The translations under genes were made by a program, and so were the position numbers. Of a stretch of 64,000 nucleotides of DNA, positions 39,605-50,823 are shown piece by piece. Within the stretch, counting starts at the first letter, position 1. Every line of letters begins with the position of its first letter. The stretch comes from Meyerozyma guilliermondii (taxonomy: Eukaryota), in contig CP128816.1 in the NCBI GenBank assembly GCA_051546255.1, positions 124,001 to 188,000 on the forward strand. Reading direction: 5' to 3'. The notes under the pieces are model-generated. The model was not told where the DNA came from, did no database searches, and saw only the letters and a program-made list of their open reading frames with translations.

Positions 39605-40303
39605 TCAGTTGGTGATTGCAATTGCTGCCACCTCTGCCTCCAAATCGTCTTCGTTTCCTGCCAATCCCTTCTCAAAGATCTCTCTTCCCGTCATTCTACC
39701 ACCGTGCATTTCTTGGTAAGCCTGTGCAACTTTTTCGTCGATTTTCAACTCTTTTCGCAAATTCTCTCTCCATTTCGTCCACAGTTCTTTGGTGACTTTT
39801 GTGCCGTGAAACTTTTTCTGTTCCTCCATTTCCTGGGCAAGAAGTTTGGTTTCGTATTCTTTTTGAGCCTTGGTGAGTTTGGCTTGAAACAAACTTTCGG
39901 CTTCTTCTTTAAGTTGAGATGTCAATGCAAATACCGACGGTATTCCGATCTGGGCTGCGGCCTCGTCCTCAATTTTCAAAAGAAGAGTACGAATATCAGC
40001 CAGTTCGAACCGTACAAACTCTCCCAAATCGCCCAATCTGGGTCCTTCATCCTCGCTATCTTCATCATTTCCATGCTGCTCTACACCCTCATCATCAAAT
40101 TCTGCTTCCAATGAAAGCTCAGGGACCACTTCCGGGTACTCTGGCGGGTACTTTACATGGAGAATAATGGTGTGTTTTGTTTCCGAAGGTGTATCGAGGG
40201 CAATGTGGATGGAGAATTTTTGGTCTGAGATCTTTGTGAGTTCGTCTGGGTAGATGGACTCGAGCACCTCGAGCTCTTGTTGTTGTTCTTCCAAGGGGTC
40301 CAT
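39605..40303 (-). CDS. GIR2: RWD-domain protein, Rbg2 GTPase partner
   Basis: EEQQQELEVLESIYPDEL, YPPEYPEVVP, KFHGTKVT, GRMTGREIFE. Confidence 0.92.
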   Translation of the reverse strand: MDPLEEQQQELEVLESIYPDELTKISDQKFSIHIALDTPSETKHTIILHVKYPPEYPEVVPELSLEAEFDDEGVEQHGNDEDSEDEGPRLGDLGEFVRFELADIRTLLLKIEDEAAAQIGIPSVFALTSQLKEEAESLFQAKLTKAQKEYETKLLAQEMEEQKKFHGTKVTKELWTKWRENLRKELKIDEKVAQAYQEMHGGRMTGREIFEKGLAGNEDDLEAEVAAIAITN

Positions 40304-40744
40304 GATTAGTTGTGTGGGAAGGAAAAACGAAGAAAATGAAGAAAATAAAATGAAGGGAAAATAATTTGAATGAAATCAAATGAAATTAAAGATGAAGTGA
40401 TGTAAGTTCTCAGTAGTCAGTCTCACAGTTTTTCAGGTGTGCGTGCGGTGCACGGGTGCACCAGTAAACCGCCGGAATCGCATTCACGCAACGGACACCA
40501 ACCTAGCTGGGTCACGCAAACAAAGCCAACTTCCAGCCGGTGCAGCGCTATTTATCAAGTTCCGGCCACCCAGGCACCGGCTCAACAAAAACAAGTAAAA
40601 AAACCTGGACAATATCAGATAAGAAGACGATCAGAGCAACGATCAATCCCACCCAAACCAAAAAACCAGATTAAACTTTTGTGAACTTCTTCACTTTTCA
40701 CTTTCCACTTTCCACTCCATTCCACTCCATTCCACTCCACTCCC

Positions 40745-41377
40745 ATGCCTTCCTTTGCCAGCCTTTTTCCCCCCAACACCATCATCAAAGATTTTGCATA
40801 TTCGTCATCGCACCCGCTACGGCTGGGCAACTTTGAAGTGTACGAAAACAACTCCGACGACGAGTATGACGACGACTACAGCTACCACGACGACGACCAG
40901 TCGCCGGACGAGATCAATCGCCGGGCGGTGGCGCTTTTTGACTTCACACCGGAAAACGATAACGAGGTCAAGTTGGTGGAGGGTCAGGTGATCTGGATAT
41001 CCTACCGCCACGGTCAAGGCTGGTTAGTAGCCGAGGACCCAGCCACCGGTGAAAACGGTCTTGTTCCCGAGGAGTACGTGGAGGTTTTTGACGACGATGA
41101 TCTCGAGGCTGACGGAGACGGAATTACAAGTACAAACAGCACAAACAGCACAAATATCGATGTTGATCCCAATGATTCCAGGTCAATTGTCGGCTCAAAC
41201 GTAAACTCTAACCGGCCCGACGACGATGCCCCCAAGCCGTTTTTACCGGGAATTCTTCGCCATAACCAAGAAAGCGACAGCGACTGGGTGGACACCGAAT
41301 ATGAAGATGATGAAGAAGATTTGGTAAAACAATTGCACAAAGCGAAGCTAGACGGGAGCGAGACAGATGATAGGTGA
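40745..41377 (+). CDS. NBP2: SH3 adaptor of the HOG pathway
   Basis: IKDFAY...HPL N-terminal motif; SH3 AVALFDFTPENDNE...ISYRHGQGWLVAE...GLVPEEYV. Confidence 0.9.
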   Translation: MPSFASLFPPNTIIKDFAYSSSHPLRLGNFEVYENNSDDEYDDDYSYHDDDQSPDEINRRAVALFDFTPENDNEVKLVEGQVIWISYRHGQGWLVAEDPATGENGLVPEEYVEVFDDDDLEADGDGITSTNSTNSTNIDVDPNDSRSIVGSNVNSNRPDDDAPKPFLPGILRHNQESDSDWVDTEYEDDEEDLVKQLHKAKLDGSETDDR

Positions 41378-41504
41378 TAGGGCTAGATAGGGCTAGATAG
41401 GTGATTGGGCAGATAGGAGTAATGTCATGAATAACGTCAGTCTATAGTTTGCTTAGCTGCAGGACCGGCCATAATCTACAACAATTCCGGGCGATGAGAC
41501 CGAG

Positions 41505-42992
41505 ATGGCTGCGGCACCTCTGGGCCAAAACCGACCGCGCAAGCGGCGAGCCCCGCTCAAACCGCTCCCAGGGTATGTTGCCATGTACAATGCGCATGTG
41601 AGAGAGTTTTTTGGCGAGCAAAAGTCGTTTGGGTTGAAACCACTGATGGTTTCCAGCGACAGTTTGAAATATGGTGAACCCGATAATACCCCCGGAACTT
41701 GGTGGAGTTCCGGGGAGAAAGACAAGTTTTTCCGGCTTCTAAGTCGCTATTCGATCCATTGCGTCGATATGATTCTGGCGGCGCTCGAAACAAAGTCAGA
41801 GTTAGAAATCCTCAGTTATTACCATATACTACAAAGATCATTGAAAAAAATGAAACGATATCTGAAATCGGCCCATTACAAAGTACTGGTTCCTCGTCGG
41901 AGAACCCATCACAATTTCCGACTCGACATGCATGTTCCGGTACTCATTCTGTATCGAGATATGCCCATTGCGTACGAGATGAGCGAGGCTTTCACATCAA
42001 TTGAGGAACGGCAGGCGCTCATATTGATCCAGGGCGAACGAAAAAGGGTGAACGACGAAAACCGCCGATTTCAACGACATTTTGATGCATATACCTCGTC
42101 TGCAAGTGAAGACGCACCTGACGGGGAAACGGGTATGGTGCATAACGGTGCAGCCGCAGGTTCGGCTGATCCGTGTCTTCTCAACCTTGATGCGGCACTC
42201 CACATTTCTCATGGTGTATCCCAAACCGTCAATCATGATTCTGTGCCTCGACTTCATCTTAAATCTTTTGCATTATTGGAAGAACTAGCGAGAATTTATA
42301 CCTACAAACTTGTGGTAGATGTTGCTGCAAAAAAAATTCAAAGTCGATGGGTAGCGACAAGAAACACAGAAAATCCATCTTCTGTGACTAGAGTTGACAT
42401 TGAAAGAGCCGTAGAACTGTGGAAAAGAGTTCCTTCTGTGCTTTTTACACCTTTGCAATCCGAACCATTAGTTTCCACCATTCCGCATATCGAGCAGTTG
42501 ACCCAAAGTAGGCCACAAACTTCCTGGGATGAGCTTATAGAAGAGCAACTTGATACGCTAGTCGAGTCGTATTTGGACGAAAAAGATGGGTGGGAATCTC
42601 GGAGTCATGAACATATTATGCTAACATTTTTGAGCAGTTACGGAAGAAACGAGAGGGAAATTGAAAGAAGGAAAGAAGAAACAAATATTGACGAAGAAAT
42701 GCCAAATAACGAAGAAGAAGATCTGCACGAGTCCATTTCGGAATCTGACTCCGATTCCGAAACCGATTTTGAGTCTGCTAACTCACTAGAGTCCGATTCA
42801 GAGTCTGGGTCAGACTTAGTTTCAGAGTCTACATCGGAGTCCGATTCTGACTTAGTTTCAGAGTCTGATTTAGAGTCCGGTTCTGACTTAGTTTCTGACT
42901 TCGTTTCCGATTCTCAGTCCGGTGTCCATTTCGATATTCCCAACCAACTTGTATTGGCCCACAGCAAGGTGTTCTCTCGCTACGAGATCTAA
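41505..42992 (+). CDS. RRN5: RNA polymerase I upstream activation factor subunit
   Basis: SANT-like WSSGEKDKFFRLLSRYSIH...KSELEILSYY; MPIAYEMS motif; PAC GCGATGAG at 41491-41498. Confidence 0.85.
   Translation: MAAAPLGQNRPRKRRAPLKPLPGYVAMYNAHVREFFGEQKSFGLKPLMVSSDSLKYGEPDNTPGTWWSSGEKDKFFRLLSRYSIHCVDMILAALETKSELEILSYYHILQRSLKKMKRYLKSAHYKVLVPRRRTHHNFRLDMHVPVLILYRDMPIAYEMSEAFTSIEERQALILIQGERKRVNDENRRFQRHFDAYTSSASEDAPDGETGMVHNGAAAGSADPCLLNLDAALHISHGVSQTVNHDSVPRLHLKSFALLEELARIYTYKLVVDVAAKKIQSRWVATRNTENPSSVTRVDIERAVELWKRVPSVLFTPLQSEPLVSTIPHIEQLTQSRPQTSWDELIEEQLDTLVESYLDEKDGWESRSHEHIMLTFLSSYGRNEREIERRKEETNIDEEMPNNEEEDLHESISESDSDSETDFESANSLESDSESGSDLVSESTSESDSDLVSESDLESGSDLVSDFVSDSQSGVHFDIPNQLVLAHSKVFSRYEI
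42740..42920 (+). repeat. Imperfect acidic coding repeats (ES[DG]SDLVS) in the Rrn5 C-terminus
   Basis: GACTTAGTTTC occurs three times, with GAGTC(C/T)GATT variants. Confidence 0.8.
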
Positions 42993-43825
42993 GCATTATA
43001 TATACTAATAACCACAAAGAGAACATCAAATGCATAAATAGTTGCCATGGCAACTAACAAATAATTGTTCAGAGTGGTTTGTACATGTTTTGGTGCCGAC
43101 TGCTTGATTTCTCCTAAAACCACCGGGGTATAGTACTCAGCATAGTCGGGCGCCAAGCCTTCCAGAATAATATCATGGCGGATCAACACCATTTCAAAAA
43201 GGCAAAACACATGGATGCAATAGAATTTTATGGCCAATTGGGCCAACTTGTAAATGGTCACAGACACGGGCCATACTGCAAACGGAAATTTGGAGTTGAT
43301 GCAAAGGAACGAATGGCCCATGAAAATGGGAAGAAAATTGTTATTTGTATCGATGACAAACTCTCGATAGTTGGCTGGTGTCTTGTCGTCATCATCTTTG
43401 CACCAGTCGCTAACTATGTTGATGGCTATGATACCATAGGGACAAGCTATTTGGCAAATGACAAACACCTTGATTATGGTACTGATAGGAGTGTAGACCA
43501 AAGAATATTGGTGATGAAACAACAAAAGACCACAACCAATATTTTGTAACAGCAATAAAATAGTTTCACCCACGGGACCGAAAAAATGGCCCATGGAGAA
43601 TCTGGTGATGAACAAGAGCGATACCGTTACCTGGACAAGATCGACTATGTAGTCGGATGCAAACAAAAACTCGGCATTGCCGTAGACTGCCAAGTGAAAA
43701 AGCTGCGAAAAATTGACAACAACCGTCGCTACTATAGCCACCACAGACCAAAACACAGGGTGGTATACTCCATAGCAGAAGTACTTGTGGATGATTTTGA
43801 GGTTGTTGGTGTAAAATTCTGACAT
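42989..43825 (-). CDS. Hypothetical polytopic membrane protein
   Basis: 278-aa hydrophobic ORF with about 6-7 TM-like segments; its stop codon overlaps the RRN5 stop. Confidence 0.65.
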   Translation of the reverse strand: MSEFYTNNLKIIHKYFCYGVYHPVFWSVVAIVATVVVNFSQLFHLAVYGNAEFLFASDYIVDLVQVTVSLLFITRFSMGHFFGPVGETILLLLQNIGCGLLLFHHQYSLVYTPISTIIKVFVICQIACPYGIIAINIVSDWCKDDDDKTPANYREFVIDTNNNFLPIFMGHSFLCINSKFPFAVWPVSVTIYKLAQLAIKFYCIHVFCLFEMVLIRHDIILEGLAPDYAEYYTPVVLGEIKQSAPKHVQTTLNNYLLVAMATIYAFDVLFVVISIYNA

Positions 43826-45389
43826 GATAAAAATGTCTAGTCTTCAATAGAATTGAATTGTGAATAAAAGATTGGTATTCGAGATGACGACTATTCGTCT
43901 TCTGCTCGGTATCTGTTCGGTTTCTGTTCGGCTTCTTTTCGTTTTCTGCTCGGTTCTGCTCGGCAAACTTTCAGTTTTCCGGTTTCCGCTTTCGCTAAAT
44001 TTAAGCAGAACAAATACTAAACTATTCGTCTTATTTCTCCCTCTTTTCTCTTTTCTCGTTTTGTCGCCACCTTTCTCTCTTTTCTGGTTTTTTCTTTCTT
44101 CCCTTCTCTACTTGCCGTCGATCTACCAGCGACCAGACACAGTTAGTAGCAAAATACAGAAAACAACACAGAAAGTCAAATCCCCCAGAACCCGCCCAAA
44201 GTCCAGAAATTACGCGTGGGTAGGCGTCGTTGGTTATAAATAAAGCCAATGGGTCAAAAATTCAACAAGCCTCGTCTCACAAACTAAGCCCGTTCCAGCT
44301 GCACAACGCACTTTGATGTACAAGCGCAACAATGCAGTCTGATGCATCAGCACTAGAAGTAGAGTGGACTATTAGTGTAGTGTTGGCAAATTTGACCCAC
44401 GTTGATACAAAAGTTGAGGTTGTGGTGGTACTAATTTTAGCCACATGGTCCAGATTTGACTCATTCTGCACAGGGTGGTAATGCGCACGGGGCGCCACAA
44501 ATGTGGCCGCACGAGGTTCTGGCGGGTGTGCAGAGACGAAAGAGGAAATGGATAAAAATAGATTGAGATAATGAGAATTACTTGATCTAGATATGAGATT
44601 AAGAATGAGATTAATGGGAGATTAATGTGCCATTGAGGTGATCAATGTGAGATTGAGACGGAAATTGAAACTTTGATTGAAATTGAGAAAATCTCGACTT
44701 CTTCTTGTAGACTGCAGGCTGAAACACCATTAAGTCTATGTGTCCCTCGTTATCTCAAGTCAATCTGAAACATCTTTGAAACGAATCCGATACTAGTTTT
44801 ATCTCATCCTAATGATCTCAACAACTCACTCTTAGCATCGTGTGTAACGTCATCCTCTCGCTACCGCACTGCCATTGTTACTCCTGTAATTAGCCTTGAT
44901 GGCTTAGGCAATTGTCTCCGCAACGCCTCAGTGCCATTGTATGATCAATTACGATAACCAGAATTCAGGTCAACAACGAATGATTAAAATTCGTTACAAT
45001 TGACTAAATTGCTATTCTACCGATTTGGTATTCTAATTGTCTCTGATTTTCTTCTCATCTCTTGGCTCGTTTCTTTCTCGTTTCTCTAATTGACTGCAAA
45101 ACACAATGGTGATTATCACATAAGTGCCCTTGAAGAAACTCGTGCTTCTCTCTACTCTCTTATCGCTTCAGAGCAGGAAGATGAACATTGATTTAATCTG
45201 AGCCTGAAGAGGTGACTAAATCAAATAACGTCATGATATGAACTCTTATGGTTCGAGTCACAATAATGAAGATTGTGATTCGCTGTGGTTTCACGTTACA
45301 AAATCAGTCATCCAAAGTATATCGAACAGAAATGATAAAGAGGTGTGCTCACTTGAAAGAGCATCAATTGATTTCTCTCGTTTGTTCTT

Positions 45390-45417
45390 CTGGTGTATTG
45401 GTGTATTGGTGTACTGG
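45390..45417 (+). repeat. 3.5 x 8-bp (C/T)TGGTGTA telomere-like tandem repeat
   Basis: CTGGTGTA TTGGTGTA TTGGTGTA CTGG. Confidence 0.7.
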
Positions 45418-45454
45418 CAACAAATCAACTAATGATCGCACATCTCAAACCGTC

Positions 45455-45970
45455 ATGTCCCACAAGTTCCAGCCCATCAGCGACGTCATAGACACGGCGC
45501 CACGGTCCAAGCACCAATACACAGACATCTACGACGAGCCAGAGAATTTCCTTGAGGTGGAAGTTCGCAATCCGCAAACCCACACTTTTGGCAGGGAGAC
45601 TTTCACCGATTTTGAGATCGTTTGTAGAGTAAGTTACCACAACAACAAAGTTCACAAACCAATACTAACCTAGACCAACATTCCTGCGTTCAAAAAACGC
45701 AACTCCAGGATCCGGAGACGGTATTCTGACTTTGTAGCATTTCGCAAGATACTCGAACAAGAAACTTCCCGAGTAGTAATTCCTCCACTACCCGGCAAAA
45801 TTCTCCTCAATTCCAACAAGTTCAGCGACCTAAACATCGAAAAGCGCCGAGCGGGGTTAGAAAAGTTTCTTTCGGTGGTAAGTGGCCACCCGCTCATTCA
45901 AACTGGCCTGCGAGCCTTGGTGGAGTTTGTGCAAAATGAAAAATGGGATCCAAAGTCCCACGTCTACTAA
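45455..45970 (+). CDS. SNX3: Sorting nexin 3 (PX domain); intron 45629-45673
   Basis: Exon 1 ...[13 protein letters not shown]...[15 protein letters not shown]...TACTAACCTAG 45-nt intron, exon 2 [20 protein letters not shown]...IPPLPGK; stop at 45968-45970. Confidence 0.93.
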
Positions 45971-46524
45971 GAAGCGAAGAGCAGAATACAATCCTAAAAG
46001 GCAAGAGCAAAATTGGCAAATTGCCAAATTGCCAAATTGGCTCATAAGGTTTAGATCATTTTTGCTCGAAGGCTGTTATTAGCGCCCGGCACTAATGCGA
46101 TAATGCGACTAATGCGACTAACGGCGACACCAACACTGCAACCGTTGGTTGTTTGCCCCACACTCCGTGGTTCGGACATCCGCGCACCTTTCCCCTCAAT
46201 TCGGACTTACACCAACTACTGGCTGACAGGCGAAGCTGTCCTAACTCCGATGGTATAACCACCGTTGCACACCTTGGAGGTCCTGGCGCTGAGTATAACA
46301 GTTGCTCGCCTCCACGCAATGGATTTGCGAAAACAACCACCAAAGAAGTTTTTTCGGTCGGTTCCTGGCCGCGATTTTCCATCGGATGATTTTTCACTGA
46401 TAACATACCACCGGGTCCTGCACGTCGGACATAAGATCACCAGACGCAGATGTGGGGGTCCGATGGAGGTCTATAAAAGTAGCACGGTGGCAGTTGATTT
46501 GAATCATTGACAAAGATTTCAAAT

Positions 46525-47571
46525 ATGGCCATTCCAACTAAACAAAAAGCAGTGATTTTCGAGACCAACGGTGGTGAATTGCAGTACAAAGACATCGATG
46601 TCCCCAAGCCTAAGCCCAATGAGATCTTGATTAACGTGAAATATTCCGGTGTGTGCCACACCGATCTTCACGCCTGGAAGGGAGACTGGCCATTGGCTAC
46701 CAAGCTTCCTCTTGTGGGAGGCCACGAGGGTGCTGGTGAGGTTGTTGCAATTGGTGAAAATGTCACCGGCTGGGAACTCGGCGACTTGGCTGGTATCAAG
46801 TGGTTGAACGGATCTTGTTTGTCGTGTGAATTCTGTATCACCTCCAAAGAATCCAATTGTCCTCACGCTGACTTGTCTGGTTACACCCACGACGGATCTT
46901 TCCAACAGTACGCTACGGCCGATGCTGTGCAGGCCGCCCGTATTCCAAAGGGAACCGACTTGGCTCAGGTAGCACCAATTTTGTGTGCCGGTATCACCGT
47001 GTACAAGGCCTTGAAAACGGCCGACTTGACTGCCGGTCAGTGGGTTGCTATTTCTGGTGCTGCTGGAGGTTTGGGTTCCTTGGCTGTCCAGTACGCTAAG
47101 GCCATGGGTTACAGAGTTGTGGGTATCGATGGTGGTGCTGACAAGGGTGAGTTTGCCAAATCGATGGGTGCTGAAGCTTTCGTCGATTTCTTGACTTCTA
47201 AAGACTTGGTTAAGGATGTCATCAAGGCCACCAATGGAGGTCCTCATGGTGTGATCAATGTTTCAGTTTCTGAGAGAGCCATGCAACAATCGGTAGAGTA
47301 CGTCAGACCTGCCGGTACTGTCGTGTTGGTGGGATTGCCAGCTGGTGCCAAGGTTTCTGCTTCTGTTTTTGATTCCGTTGTCAAGACCATTTCCATCAAG
47401 GGTTCCTACGTGGGTAACAGAGCCGACTCTGCTGAGGCCATTGAATTTTTCTCCAGAGGTTTGATCAAGTGTCCTATCAAGGTTGTGGGATTGAGCGAGT
47501 TGCCAAAGGTTTACGAATTGATGGCCGAAGGTAAGATTTTGGGACGTTACGTCGTTGACACTTACAAATAA
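46525..47571 (+). CDS. ADH2: Alcohol dehydrogenase (Adh1/Adh2 family)
   Basis: [41 protein letters not shown] at about 46472. The ADH2 call rests on recalled adjacency to TKL1 in C. albicans. Confidence 0.85.
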   Translation: MAIPTKQKAVIFETNGGELQYKDIDVPKPKPNEILINVKYSGVCHTDLHAWKGDWPLATKLPLVGGHEGAGEVVAIGENVTGWELGDLAGIKWLNGSCLSCEFCITSKESNCPHADLSGYTHDGSFQQYATADAVQAARIPKGTDLAQVAPILCAGITVYKALKTADLTAGQWVAISGAAGGLGSLAVQYAKAMGYRVVGIDGGADKGEFAKSMGAEAFVDFLTSKDLVKDVIKATNGGPHGVINVSVSERAMQQSVEYVRPAGTVVLVGLPAGAKVSASVFDSVVKTISIKGSYVGNRADSAEAIEFFSRGLIKCPIKVVGLSELPKVYELMAEGKILGRYVVDTYK

Positions 47572-48441
47572 GCGAGGTGAAAAAGGTGAGCCGTATGAAC
47601 CGTCGAAGATGTATATGATAGATGAGAATTATACGATATCATCTGTGATAAATGTAAATTTAGGATGATACGTAACAAAAGAATTGAAAATAAACTCAAC
47701 ATCAAGCTTTTTGATTAGTGGTGTATAGTCTATTTGGTGATTCAATTCCTCTGAATTTTTGACCACTTCTTGATTCCAGAATTACTGAGCACATGCACCA
47801 TTTGTTAATTCGAACACTAATGTTTTTTAGATCAACCTAAACAAAATTCCGATAAGCCACGTAAAGTACTAGGCTGTTCGAAATAAACTACAAAACGACA
47901 ATACTCAAATGATTTCCAACGGTTCCGCCACAGATTAAATCATCTTTCGGTGCGTCTGACTTTGCGCTTCTGCGCCGCACCATCTGTCAAGAAGCTGTCG
48001 AAAGTGGAGAGCACTTTCAAGAAGAAACCACCGACTTTGAAAGATGATTAGCCTCATCAATTGGTTAAATAGGTTTTATGTGACTAAATTCTGATTTTCA
48101 AGACGTTTTTTTTCTTGAATATCGTATCAGCATGGCTTTGACGTTCAACCGACTATGCGCAAATCGTTGAATTTTCAACCACTTCTTAATATTTCTAGAC
48201 GGTTCAATGATCGTTTTACTTGATTTTCAATAAGCAGAAATTAACACGCCCGAAGCTCAATTCACAGTTACAAGATGCTATCATCAGATATCCAGGTTAC
48301 GAGCCAATAATTTTCTTGCATCTGTCATTTTATGCGAAGACTAGTGATAAGAAATTAGGACACTGTCTACTCAGTCAGTTAATCAACCTCACCACTACGC
48401 TTAGTCTTCGCTCACTAAATCTGATTACTCTACTCACCTAC

Positions 48442-50475
48442 CTAAAAAGCCTTGTTCAAAGGAGACACCACTGGCTTGTTCTTGTAGAATTGTACAGTCT
48501 TGGCTGCCTTGTCGGCAACACCTTCGGGAGTAAAACCTAATGCCTTGTAGATTTCTGGTCCCTTACCCGACATACCAAAACGGTTCATGCCAAAGTGCTC
48601 ATGAGAGTACTTGGACCATCCGAAGGTGGACATAACCTCGAACGACATGATTGGAACACCGTCTGGCAACACAGACAATTGGTACGACAATGGCTGGTTG
48701 TCGAATGTGAAGAAGTCTGCCATGGAGACAACGTTAGCCTTGATTCCATCGTTGGCCAATTGTTTAGCACCTTCAACGGCAATGTTAACTTCAGATCCAG
48801 TAGACACGATGATGATGTCTGGGTTCTCAACTTGGTGCACAGTGTAACCACCCTTAAGAGCCTTCTCAATGGAAGATCCTTCGAGATGTGGGCATCCTTG
48901 TCTGGACAAAGCAATGATAGAAGGATGAGAGTCGGTTTCAAGAGCAGCAATGTAGGCAGCAGACACCTCGTTACCATCGGCAGGTCTCCACACAGACATA
49001 TTTGGAAGCGCTCTAAAGTGAGCCAAAGTCTCAACTGGTTGATGGGTTGGTCCATCTTCTCCCAAACCAATGGAATCGTGGGTAGCAACCCACACCACTG
49101 GATGGTGGGACAAAGCCGACAATCTCACGGCACCAGCAGCATAAGAAACAAAGTTCAAGAAAGTACCACCAAAGTTCTTGTAGTTGGCACCGAATGCAGC
49201 AATACCGTTCATGATAGCACCCATACCGTGTTCACGAACACCGTATCTGATATAACGGCCAGAATAGTCACCCAATTTTGAGGATGGTGGTTGGAAATCA
49301 ACCGCCTCGGTGGCTCTGGTCAAGTTGGAACCAGTCAAATCGGCGGATCCTCCAATAAGTTCTGGAATCACAGGGTAAAGCTTCTCCAACACAGTTTGAG
49401 ACAATGCTCTGGTGGCCTGGGTCTTGTCCTTTGGAGTGTAAGATGGCAAAGCATCTTTCCATCCTTCTGGAAGCTTACCTTCCAAACGACGGGCCAATTC
49501 GGCACCCTCGGTTGGGTACTTCTTCTTGTACTCAACAACCAATTTGTTCCAGTCACTCTCGATCTTTTGGTTCTCGGCAACATGCTTGGCGTAATCAGCG
49601 GTCACCTCAGGAGGAATGATAAACTTCTCATCTGGGTTGAAACCATTCTTCTCCTTCAATTGCTTAATATCATCAGCCTTCAAGGCAGCACCGTGAACAG
49701 AGTGAGTACCCTGTTGAAGCGATCCAAATCCAATAATGGTGGTCAATCTGATCAAGGTGGGCTTGTCGGTGACCTTCTTGGCCTCTTCAATAGCATTGGC
49801 AATGCCTTCCAAATCGTTGTCACCCTCCTTGATGTGAATGGTGTGCCATCCGTAAGCACGGTATCTGGCCTCCACGTCCTCGGTGAAAGCCACCGCGGTG
49901 TCACCGTCAATGGTGATCTTGTTGTCGTCCCAGAAGGCAATCAAGTTACCCAACTGGAGGTGACCAGCGATGGAACTGGCCTCGGAAGCCACACCCTCCA
50001 TCAAACATCCATCACCGAGGAACGCATACACAAACGAATCGCAGATTGGGAAGTCTGGTTTGTTGTAGGTGGCGGCAAATTGTCTTTGAGCAAGAGCCAA
50101 TCCCACGGCATTGGAGATACCTTGACCCAATGGACCGGTGGTGACCTCGATTCCGGGAACATCCAATCTTTCAGGGTGTCCTGGAGTTTTAGAGCCCACT
50201 TGTCTAAATTGCTTCAAATCATCAACATTCAAAGCGTATCCATACAAGCACAACATGGAGTATAACAAAGCACAAGCGTGACCATTACTCAAGATAAAAC
50301 GATCTCTGTTAATCCAGTTTGTGTTTTTTGGGTTAAACTTCATTTTCTTGAAGACCGCATGTGCAGCAGGAGCAAGTCCCAAAGGTGCACCAGGATGGCC
50401 GGATTGAGCAGCATCCACCTGGTCCACGGAAAGAAGACGAATTGTCGCAATAGCAAGTTGATCAATGTCTGTCAT
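48442..50475 (-). CDS. TKL1: Transketolase
   Basis: SGHPGAPLG, NRDRFILSNGH, GDGCLMEG (TPP motif), THDSIGLGEDGPTHQP. Confidence 0.97.
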   Translation of the reverse strand: MTDIDQLAIATIRLLSVDQVDAAQSGHPGAPLGLAPAAHAVFKKMKFNPKNTNWINRDRFILSNGHACALLYSMLCLYGYALNVDDLKQFRQVGSKTPGHPERLDVPGIEVTTGPLGQGISNAVGLALAQRQFAATYNKPDFPICDSFVYAFLGDGCLMEGVASEASSIAGHLQLGNLIAFWDDNKITIDGDTAVAFTEDVEARYRAYGWHTIHIKEGDNDLEGIANAIEEAKKVTDKPTLIRLTTIIGFGSLQQGTHSVHGAALKADDIKQLKEKNGFNPDEKFIIPPEVTADYAKHVAENQKIESDWNKLVVEYKKKYPTEGAELARRLEGKLPEGWKDALPSYTPKDKTQATRALSQTVLEKLYPVIPELIGGSADLTGSNLTRATEAVDFQPPSSKLGDYSGRYIRYGVREHGMGAIMNGIAAFGANYKNFGGTFLNFVSYAAGAVRLSALSHHPVVWVATHDSIGLGEDGPTHQPVETLAHFRALPNMSVWRPADGNEVSAAYIAALETDSHPSIIALSRQGCPHLEGSSIEKALKGGYTVHQVENPDIIIVSTGSEVNIAVEGAKQLANDGIKANVVSMADFFTFDNQPLSYQLSVLPDGVPIMSFEVMSTFGWSKYSHEHFGMNRFGMSGKGPEIYKALGFTPEGVADKAAKTVQFYKNKPVVSPLNKAF

Positions 50476-50823
50476 GAGTAGTTGCGTGAAAGAAAAGTTG
50501 GGGGCGCGCCGGGCCGGTTAAATACATTTTCACTGAGCAAGCGAGCACGGTGACTAAGCAGTTATTTAATGGAAAAAGAAAACCCATAGCAGATCACGGG
50601 AAACTGGTATGCTGGATGCAGTAGGGGCGGAGCAAGTGATGCAATTGTAGGCACAACCCCGATCAAATTTAGTTAGATGGTGAAATTATCGGAATTGGAC
50701 CCCACGATGTTGGGTGCCGGTTGGGTCTAGACCGGTGCGGCTTATTGATGGTTTTCGCTTCAGCGGGCATGCGGGTGTTTGGGTGTGTTCTCCTTCCCCC
50801 ACCAAAAGATCCGGAGCGGTTTC

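Noticed and set aside
44277..44498. 73-aa Thr-rich minus-strand ORF in the large gap
   Set aside because: Non-ATG start, no signal peptide or recognisable domain.
48040..48100. Possible C/D snoRNA (ATGATTA...CTGA with short terminal stem)
   Set aside because: Only about 55 nt, non-canonical C box and no recognisable rRNA guide.
48595..50265. Long antisense ORFs over TKL1 (similar ones over ADH2, OPY2, MCP2 and the phospholipase)
   Set aside because: Typical shadow frames produced by codon bias of the real genes; no independent motifs.
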